DNA of 64,000 nt from Camelus ferus (Eukaryota): assembly GCF_009834535.1 (NCBI RefSeq), contig NC_045697.1, forward strand, positions 94,924,001-94,988,000, in the 5' to 3' direction. Positions 54,321 through 64,000 of the stretch are shown in pieces; position 1 is the first letter of the stretch; the number at the start of each line of letters is the position of its first letter. Position numbers and translations under genes: made by a program. The notes under the pieces were generated by a model. That model searched no databases. It was given only the letters and a program-made list of their open reading frames with translations, and was not told the origin of the DNA.

Positions 54321-55999
54321 TGGACATAAAATAGTTTTGACTGGAGTTGACTTCATTTTGAAATGGTCCACACACTCCTAAACTTCTGCAGGAGTGAAAC
54401 AAGCTGAGACAGGTAATTTAAACATTATTACCAACAATAAAATAAAATAAATTATAACAAGAAATTTAAAGTCTCAAAGTTAGCATGCCGTATCCCTTCA
54501 GAGATTCTCTGATACTAGCCCCACTCAGCTTGGCAGCTGCAATTAGCAGTACCTTTTTCACTTCTGTGATGCAGATTCACACCTTCCCCTTTCCTCATTT
54601 GCACACAATTACACTTGTCTGTGGAATATCCTATGTACCGTTGCCTCTGGAGCAATGTTGCCCGCACACTCTCCACACATCTCTGCTTCTTTGTTAAACT
54701 AAACTCTCAGTTTGGAAGTCAGTTCCTCTGAGAAACTTTCCTTCCTCAAACCCCTAAATCTGCAGTCCCCTTTTATATGCTTCTTCATTACCAAATGCTT
54801 CTTCCCTCAAGGCATCACAACTCTAAATTGTAACTGTATCTTATTTGATAGGAGAAATGGTCATTTCTTTCAAAGCTGAAGGGGGGAAACGCTAAAGAAA
54901 ATGCTGACAATAGTGTGTTTTGCAAAGCCTGAGTTATTTAAAGTCTCCAGTGCCATGTAAGGTATACAGCAGAAAAGTCCAGAATGGTTTGACATTGCCA
55001 GTCTGGTCAGCTTCTGTGTGCCCCAGTAATATGTGTTCAAGATAAGCCCCATTTCCTACGGATCTGCCCCTAATCTCCTGGAGAGAATACAATTGCTTCT
55101 AATAACCATTTACACAGGCAGTGAAGTACAAATCTATATCAAGGGGAAAAAGTTCCTAAAGGCAATCACATATGAAAGATGTTACCTATTACCAGGCACA
55201 CAATAAAGAAATCTTTTCATATTATTATGCAAGCAGTTAGAACCCTATTGAACATTCCTGAATAGGATCTTGATTTTAACTTTGAATAGAGAAGACCCAT
55301 CGAAATGTTTGATTCAAACAAAGGGTCCCGTTACTCCAGAAGTGAATTCAAGCAATACAAAGAGGTTACAGAGCTTTTTCACTAACCTCTTCTCTCTTTT
55401 TAAATTAATCTTTTCCTCAACCAAACTTTTAAATGTTGACAAACTTCAAATCTTGGTCCTAGGCTCTCTTCTATCTGGATTATTTCCTAATATGATCCAA
55501 TTCAGAACTATGTGTTTTAATAGATATCCAGATTCTTATGTTAAAAAAGTACCTGACATCTCTTTTATAGTGCTTAATAGATATCAAAGTATGCATGTGT
55601 TCAAATCAAAATTGTGAGTTCTGATCCCCAACTTTCTTCTCTTCCAATTATTCACATAAATAGCACTATTGGCCCAATTGCACAAGCTAGAATTAGACCC
55701 CAAAATTTGGATTTGAGGCTTTTATAATTTGGGGTTGGGCTTCTTAGGAACTATTATACAAAATTATGAATATAAAAGTTAGATATAAAAGGTAGTATTT
55801 GTTTGCAATGGGAAAGTAGTCACAACAAATTATAAATTTAAAGAAGATGAATATCATAAACACCATCCCAAAATGTAGGTATCATCAAGGCAAGATACAT
55901 CAGATTTAGACATATTCAGATATTTTTGGGTGTGTGAAACAGGAAACTTTGGACTCAGATATAAATATTCTTTATAGTACTGAGAGACTGAATATACAA

Positions 56000-56860
56000 A
56001 AGGACAATAGACAGACTATATATATAAATTTTAAGATGACATAATTACTGTAAATAAGAAGGATTATTACATATTAAGAATACCAATGCAACATAAACTT
56101 AAGACAGTCCAAAAATTGTATGCGCTAATTATGCAGATTAAAATATAAAAATCAAAAATTAACAGAAATACAAGATTTAGACAAAGCCAAAATTCTTATT
56201 AAGGAAACAGTTGTGCTCTTCAAGTTATTGTTAAAGCAGATTAAAACAAACAAACAAACACTAACTATGAAAGACTCTATCCCCACAAATTTGTTAACCT
56301 AGATAAAAGGGACCAATTCCTTGAAAGACACAATTTGCCAAAAGTCACACAAGAATAGGTTGAAAAGGCCTATTTCTGTTAAAAAACTGAGCCAGTAATA
56401 CTCTTTCAAAACAGGAAGTACCAGGTCCAGATGGGTTCATTAGTTAATCTTTCAAGCATTTAAGGAAGAAATTATACCATTCTGTACAATTTCTTTTAAA
56501 AGATAGAAATAGAGGGAATACTAATACACAACTATGAGGCCAACATTATCCTAACGGCAAAAACAGAGAGAGATTACAATAAAAGAAAACTACCGACCAA
56601 TATTGCATGAATATAGATGTAAAAATTTCCAAAAAATATTAGCAAATCAAATCCAATGACATATAAAAATTGCACACTAAGGAAATAAAAAGACAAGCCA
56701 CAGACTGGGAGAAAATATTTGAAATGACACATTGGATAAAGGACTATTATCTAATGTTTACAAAGTACTCTGAAAACTTAAAAATAAGAAAACAAACCAA
56801 CCAGATTTTTAAAAATTGGGCCAAGACCTTAACAGATAACTCACCAAAAATGATATAAAG
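56000..56860 (+). mobile_element. L1 ORF2 fragments
   Basis: ccaggtccagatgggttca; QATDWEKIF motif. Confidence 0.85.
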
Positions 56861-56867
56861 ATAGCGT

Positions 56868-59780
56868 TGAGGGAGGCCATCAGGATAGAACTGCTGCCTG
56901 TTGACCCTAGAGCTGGAGCCAGGCAAATGGAAGCTCCCCATCCCCTCCCCTGTCCTTGGAATGTGCTGCACTTCCATTCCCTGTTCCCAGAAGCTGTCTT
57001 GAGGTGAAAATATAGTATGGATACTGTCTGGATGGTATACCTGACTGAACCCAGTTAAGGACTCTATATAAACTTTTAAGATTTGGTGGTGGGGAGTGGA
57101 AATCTACTCATTTTACAGTCACCCATGATAACCCTCATAAGTATGTTCCCTTGCTCATTAAACTGGCAGCCTAGCCATCTGGAATGGTCTGCCTCTTCTT
57201 CAGACTCTCCCTGCCCAGTGAGTCTGAGGGCTAATTTCTGATTATACCATGGAAACTCCCAAGGAGATTATAAACAAACAGTTGGCAAGCAAGCCAGGAG
57301 ACTATAAGAAACTTGGGACTTGGGATAGAGTCAACTTTGGGAGCAAATTCCTAGTTGGCCATCAAGCTCTACATGGGAGGGGTGGCTCATGTGTTAGATG
57401 CTTGTAGATCATCATGTGACTACAGGGACACCCTGAAAATGCTGGATGCTTTAATGTGCTTGATTGGGGAACTGAGAATAGTGCACAGGGGCAATGGAGT
57501 GAAATTAATGGTTCATGGAGAGCTGGCCTCTATTGTGGACTATTTGGCTGGACACTAATGTCCAACTAGAGGCTGAAACTCAAATTAGAAAATTGGAAGG
57601 GAAGCTGAGATTAGAGAAGGACATGCAGCTTTCCACTACTCTGCTAGCTTCGAGGCTTGCATATAAGGTGGGAAGGCAGGACAATAACTTGGAGACCTTA
57701 GCAGGCTGTTTTGCAAACCTAGGATGGCACAAACTGCCATAGATGAAGGTTTGAGCACTTGTGACAAAGCCTGACTAGGATACTAAAAGGTAGAATCCAT
57801 GGGACAGTGAAGAGAGCAGAGGGGAGGATGTTGTGGTCATTGACAAGGAAATGAATGGGGTGCCTCATGCTGTCTAATGTCTAATACAATGAAAAATTTT
57901 CACCAGCACTTATCCTAGACTTCTGATAATAAATACCCCAAACTCCTAGGAGAAAACTTGCATTCTTTCTCTGTTTCTTAAAGTTGTAAATCTTATCATG
58001 TCTTTGAGATGTAAACACCCCAGGAGATAACTAAAACACTGCCTACTGAGACTGAAGAAAAAAAGGGAGAAAGAGACTTTTTAAAATATAGCCTACTGTA
58101 GAAGTTCCCCTGCCCAAAATTCTAGTCCATAGCCTTTATAACAAATATCAATAAAAAATTTTAGCCATCTGCGTGGGTACCTGATGCATGCTTAAAGTTT
58201 TAGAATGAAAGCTATGAATTTGTGTCTGCCTAGAGGTTTATGTATGTCTATAGATGTATGTTGTATATGTGTGATGTTTTTCTACCTCTAGAAGGTAGAA
58301 AAATTGCCAAACTTGATTTATAAAAGAGCTAAAGTTTTTTGTGTGTTTTACAAAATTACTAGAAATAATAAGGATGAAAAAATGAATATATATGAAAAAT
58401 AAGGAAAGTAGAATTTTTTTTTTTTTTGAACAAGAAAAAATATGAAGGACATGGGGTAAAAAATCATTCTGTCCTAAAGTAAGTGGCTGTTCTGGAAAGG
58501 AAAAAAGAAAAAAGACAAAAGTTGATTGAACTTTGCAGAAGGTTTGTGAAAAAAGACTGTTTATTGAGAAAGGAATTTTATGTGTAGTCATGCTAAGATC
58601 GGAATACATTTAAGGTAAAAAGAATTTTAAAAAGGAGAATTTTAACATACACTGGTGTGGAATTTGATTTTGGTTTTCTCTCTGTTAAAACAATAAAGTT
58701 TCTTAGATTATTGGTCTGCTCTTAAGAAATTATTAATGAAAAGTTTTTGTTTGTTTTTTGTTTGTTTTTACTGTTAAAGTAATCTGCATAGAAAACAAAG
58801 ACTGTGTTTTGTCTTTATCAGGTCTTTGAACACTTAAGAAAACTTACTCTTCTCTGTTAAAAGAGCTAAGTTTGTTTTTTGGTTTTTGTCTTTTATTTGT
58901 TTGTTTTGCAACTATGTGACTTCCTGCATTTGCCTTTGAAGTTTCTTTAATTGTCAGTTTGGTTAAATATATAACTAAACACTGTTGCACAGTGATCTAT
59001 GAACCTACTTAATCAAATGTTTTAAACCTTTTGATATTTTTGACAGAATTCCTCAAAAGCAAAAGCTAAATGAAGTCTTACCAATCTAGAACTAACTTTG
59101 GAATTTTCCACAGGATCCTTGGAACATCTCAAAAGATGTGTCCTCTCTCCTTATAAAAGAGAAATATCAAACTCATTAGGCTTATTTGATATGTTAAATC
59201 ACATGGGAAGTATTCTCAATACAAAGTTCTACTAAACATTCCTTGGGGTATATTTGTATGAAATTCCAAAAACTCTGTTATGTCTTGGTGTAATGTTATC
59301 AGTAATAATTTTATTTTATTTTTTTACATTATTTATTGATTTATAATCATTTTACAGTGTTGTGTCAAATTCCAGTGTAGAGCACAATTTTTCAGCTATA
59401 CATGAACATACATATATTCATTGTCACATTTTTTTCTCTGTGAGCTACCGTAAGATCTTGTGTATATTTCCCTGTGCTATGCAATATAATCTTGTTTATC
59501 TGTTCTACAATTTTGAAATCCCGTCTATCCCTTCCCACCCTCAGTAATAATTTTAAAATGTACATTACAGAAAAAAACCAAACTTCTTTGTTAATTGCGT
59601 TATAATGAACTCTCATCAGATCTTTAAACATGGCCATTTTAATGTCTTTGGTCATTTACAGACAGTTACTGCTTTACTTTGATGCTTTTACAAAAGTGTT
59701 CCTGCACAAGTGCTTCATTTTCAACAAGATTGATAGAAAGACTCCAATAAGTACCGGTTTCTGACAACTAAGATCAATTT
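56868..59780 (+). mobile_element. ERV: 5' LTR (~56868-57280), tRNA-Arg PBS, gag-like remnant and AT-rich internal region
   Basis: PBS tggcaagcaagccaggag 57283-57300 is a 16/18 match to TGGCGAGCCAGCCAGGAG (complement of tRNA-Arg-ACG 3' end); coiled-coil LEAETQIRKLEGKLRLEKD. Confidence 0.8.
59314..59540 (-). mobile_element. Young 5'-truncated L1 3' end
   Basis: Perfect 15-bp TSD TCAGTAATAATTTTA (59299-59313, 59541-59555); T-rich tail. Confidence 0.85.
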
Positions 59781-59819
59781 ACCTTCACATAGGAGGGACA
59801 ATAATGGAGCTTTCAAGTG

Positions 59820-60070
59820 TAGCCCTATGTCATGGGATGATAATGTAAACACCAAGAGTGAGCCCTAATGTAAACTGTGAGCTTTGAGTGATAATCATGT
59901 GTCATTGTAGTTTTAACAATTATAACAAATGTACCACTCTGGTAAGGAATGTTGATAATGAGGGAGCTATGCTTGTGTTGGGGCAGGAGGTATATCAGAA
60001 ATCTCTGTACCTTCTACTTAATTTTGCTGTGAATCAAAAACTGCTCTTAAAAGACAAGATGTATTAAAAA
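59820..60070 (+). mobile_element. L1M 3' end
   Basis: aacaaatgtaccactctggt...aatctctgtaccttc...ttttgctgtgaa. Confidence 0.85.
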
Positions 60071-61719
60071 TCACTAAAGATATAAACCATATGAAAAACA
60101 AAATAACAAGCTTGATCTGATGTTTAATATCTCTCTTTTATAATACACAGGAATAAAATGTGTAGTGAAAGCTTAAGAATGCACTCTATATACAAAGAGC
60201 ATTTTAGAATGTTGACAACATACAGAGTCATAAAACAAACAGCAAATGTCAAAGGCTTGAAATCACAGAGATCTGACTCTCAACTGCAATGTGATTAAAC
60301 AAAATATCAGTTCCAATCGTAGTTCCATCCCCATCAAACACATATAGTGTTTGGAGATTAAGATCCATACTTGAGGAATTCATATAAACACATTCTCTTT
60401 TCTCATTTCAATTTAAAATATATGCATAAAGGAAGCAGAAGTACAAATACAGGATTTATGTTGCTTATAATTTCTATGGTTTTTGTTCTTTTTCCTTTAT
60501 TATAATTTCATTTTTTATCTTAAATTCCCTTGTGTACCACAACTATGGATTTTTTGCATGTTTGTTGTCTCATTTTGTCTTTAACTTATCTTACTAATTA
60601 ACATATTGCTTTATTCTTTTATTTAAAAAATTGGAGCTTTGCAAGCTAAACATAAAATATATTTGAGAAGAGGTTTTTTATAAAAATATTTTCATCATAT
60701 GCGATGAGCAATTCTTCTATAAGTTACAAGTCTCTTTATTCTTTGTTTTCTTTATTAAAAAAACTATTCTTTGTGCATTTTTCAAAAAGTAGCATTAGCC
60801 TTTTTTTTTTTTAAGCTTCAGCCATATGCCATTAATTCTCATTGAGGTTAGTTTTTAGCCAGGATCATATTAAAGTATTGATTTTAGATGTTATCTTATT
60901 ATCTTGCCAGATGGCATGAGAGTGAAATCTCATCTTGGGATCTTAAAAAATGGAATAACCTATTTTCCAGAAATAGAAAGCTGTTGCACGAGGATGCTCT
61001 TTATAGATGTTTAATTTCCTATGGTGTAAAAACATAAACAAGAAAACACAGTTTGACACTACTAACAATAAAATATTTTAAATGCATCCCTGTCAAAAGC
61101 TATGTGATAAGGTTGAAGTGATATTGATACTACACATTGTAGCATTCAGAAGCTTAAAAACATAAGTAATAATATTTACCATAGAATAACAAAGTGAATT
61201 AGACTATCAGTTTAATATGGCATTGGCTTCAAGACCCTTCAGAGGTTTTTTTAAAACTTTTACCTAAATACACAGAAATAAAGATACGAATATGACCCAG
61301 GTTACGATTGATGGCATGCCAGAATCTATTCAGTATTTTCCTTTAATATAAGAAAGGAGTTGACTATCGACATAAAATAGACACATACTAATCCTTTAAT
61401 AGGAGAGCATTTTTTCTCTGTGTGTTTGTGATCAGAGGTTAATGTATCAGATTCTAATTACCTTAAAATTAGTTTCTTTCTTAAAGGAGTGCACAGTTAC
61501 TTACTGCTGCTGTTTTCTGTATTTTAAGATTCTGAACAGAAAAGGGTAAGAAAAAGTGGTAACTCACGCACCATAATGGGTGCTTAAGTTCTTGGATATA
61601 TGGTGTTCCGAAGTAAAATAGAGACAGCATGTTTGAAGTGTACATTTTTATCAGTTCAAATTATCAGAAAATTTTAAAAATCCGCTTCTGTAAAGTAGAG
61701 ACACCTTAATATCTTACAT

Positions 61720-61885
61720 TCTCCAAGAAAATGCTTACAAGGTACCAGGTACTGCCAACTCTGATTAAATTAACGCAGTTACTCCTCACAACAAATTTAT
61801 AAATTAGGTACTACTGCTATCACTGGTGTACAAGTGGGAAAGTTTCGGTAAAGTTTCCATAATTTGTCCAAGGTCTCACAACTCA
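61720..61885 (-). mobile_element. MIR SINE
   Basis: tcctcacaacaa...aggtactactgctatc...taatttgtccaaggtctcaca. Confidence 0.7.
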
Positions 61886-63129
61886 TATAGATTCTTTTTG
61901 AATACAGAGAATTAATGTTTCGGTGCAAATCAAACTATTGTCCAACAGTAGATCCGATGTATAAATACAGCCAGCATCCAAGTAAACAGAGAATAGAGCT
62001 ATGATGAAACAAAATAGACCAGCTATTAGCAAAAGTGTGTCTGAATATAAAAATATATATGAAGAGAAGGAGATTTTCATTAGAGTATCCCTCTGGAAAT
62101 GTATATAACAGAAGATCACTTAAAATTGGTGGCATCCATTTGGAGGTGCAAGAAACATAGCCTTTTAGAAACAACATAAAGATCATAATAACAAAATCAA
62201 AAGCCTTAATAAACTAGAAAACGCTCTAATTTAATAACTATACAATTTATCATTATATTTAGCTATGATATTTTAAGTAATATCCCAGGTGCCATTGAAA
62301 TAATAGCGTTTTCTTTCTTTTCCTACAGCTCACATTTATTCATAATATTGATGCTTTGGGATGTTTCTCTCTGAGTTATAAAACACTGCATACTATCATT
62401 TAAAAATTCTGGATTAACTGTTTTTAAGTTGATAAATTTTGGTATTAGATATTTCAAAAAGATTATTATTGATTAATACAAGAGATAAATAAATTCTAAA
62501 TAACCAACCCTTTAAAAATACTAATAACTTTGAACTACCCACAGCAGTCATCTGTTTACAACACTGTTTTTGTAGGCAATATTTAGATAAACAGGTAAAC
62601 ATTATCACTCATATTTTTCCCTTTCTAATTTGCTTCCTTATCATATACCCTTGAACTTAGTCATCAGAGAGATCTGCTTACTCAGTTGTATAACTTCCCA
62701 TACATTTCTTAATCATTCTTATCTTCAGCTTTCTCATCTCTAAAATACCTCTACTTCTTAAATCACTGGCCTGTAATCATCACTAAATAATACAATAGGA
62801 GTGATTTGAGATCCGGAGGCCCTCACTTGTCTCTATCCAAGGAAGCAGTGATAGATCCTTAGAGTAGTCTATGTGAGGAGATCTTTGGATTCCTCAAAGT
62901 GGAGCATCTATAAAGTAAACATTTGTTATCTCTGTAAAAATGAGTACTTCTCGTGGGATTTTATTAGGCTTAAAGAAAAATCTTCCTACCAGGATAAGAA
63001 CTGGCAAAGGTGGGAGACAATCCTATCTTGTTACGGTACATGAACATAAACTAAAGGATAGAATAGGCTTTAGAATTCATACAGGTTAGATCTGATATTT
63101 TACATCAGAAGAAAAGAAGCTAATGAAAA

Positions 63130-63350
63130 TAATGTTATTAAAAACTTATTATATGTTAACGAATATGTAATCTCATTTTCCCCTCAAATAAATAAAAGAA
63201 ACACAAAGATACACAATTGTTATTATTCCATATTTGCACATGATAAAATTGATGCACAAAGAGGTTAAGAACTTGCCCGTGAAAGCACAACTAGTAAGTG
63301 GGGGAGTATGATTTAGATGCCTACTGCTGTTATCCAGTCTGCACTTTCCC
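63130..63350 (-). mobile_element. MIR SINE
   Basis: attattccatatttgcacatgataaaattgatgcacaaagaggttaagaacttgccc. Confidence 0.75.
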
Positions 63351-63388
63351 TAATAAATGGAGTAAGCAACAGTGCAACATACATACAC

Positions 63389-63395
<7 letters not shown>

Positions 63396-63440
<45 letters not shown>
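63396..63440. repeat. (TA)n microsatellite
   Basis: Direct reading. Confidence 0.97.
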
Positions 63441-63443
<3 letters not shown>

Positions 63444-64000
63444 TGACAACAATATTCAGAAGTTTTAGGATACAATGCCATCAATACATAAGTATGATAA
63501 CATTCAAGAACAAGAGTAAAATTTTTTCAGTGATAGGAGTGAAAGACTAAGAGTCTGGAGATGCAATTGAGGTAATTTAAATTATTTTTATCCCTAATGA
63601 AAAGGGAAAAGAAAAAAACAGTATTCCTGATGAGAAAACATAACAAAAGAGGAATGAGGTCAAGGTTGAACTACAAAGAAATGTGAGTATAGTTGAGAAT
63701 AATGCACTAGGTCATAAAAAAACTTAAGCTTAAGGGTTGAGCAATAAAGAGTATGCTCATTTGAAAAACAGGGACTAAGCAAATTCAAACAATCAAGAGT
63801 TTGGGATCAAGATAGGAAATCTGAATATTTTGCCCTCTTATAAATTTTCTGTCCTTTAAACCTCATTTATCTAGCTAACTTTTGCTCATGCTTTAGACTC
63901 GGGTTATATGTCATATCCCTAGGTCAGATTTCCTTGTAACTGATTCCATTGAATATTTTTCTTTAGTAAACTTACCACAGCTGTAATTAAATAAGCCTTT

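Larger units (their letters stand above)
50887..62610 (-). pseudogene. Decayed FSIP2-like gene, segment D (giant exon end and 3' exons; probably continues past the right edge)
   Basis: Minus strand, in order: ~62050 LYSDTLLLIAGLF (VYSATFLEGIISELF); 60957-60940 YSIF*D (YTSVFKD); 60723-60706 LIEELL and 60645-60634 LAKL (LLEEVLALFLAKL), spacing 234 bp vs about 80 aa; ~60480 TIEIISNINPVF; 55146-54927 PLDID..SLQEIR..GHTEAD / LTRLAMS..TLNNSG (PVKID..PLEKLK..GHSIAELRRASIS..SLDKTG); acceptor then 52428-52040 LGKN..KEV..RL-GHE..QTTSIN (VARN..KDV..RLVAHD..QTTASAN). Confidence 0.72.

Overview
AT-rich mammalian DNA, most likely camelid (two tRNA-Ala-headed Vic-1-like SINEs). I find no intact protein-coding gene. 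About half of the window is interspersed repeat (L1, L2, MIR, MLT1, hAT MERs, a fragmented ERVL-class provirus, ERV1-type solo LTRs). There is one CpG-island promoter at about 44.9-45.3 kb and, next to it, a clear processed XPO4 pseudogene split by an LTR. The main observation is that much of the non-repeat sequence translates, across stops and frameshifts, into ordered motifs of the giant sperm fibrous-sheath protein FSIP2. These form four segments: A (+, C-terminal part, 1-8.4 kb), B (+, N-terminus to giant exon, 11.6-28.9 kb), C (-, N-terminal exons from the CpG island, 42.5-45.2 kb) and D (-, giant exon to C-terminus, 50.9-62.6 kb). This suggests an ancient, decayed FSIP2-paralog cluster, possibly rearranged by an inversion at the ERVL remnant. 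All protein comparisons are by eye against recalled human sequences and need tBLASTn/HMM confirmation; two apparent FSIP2 matches proved to be antisense ERVL, so false positives do occur. Repeat family names and boundaries are approximate.
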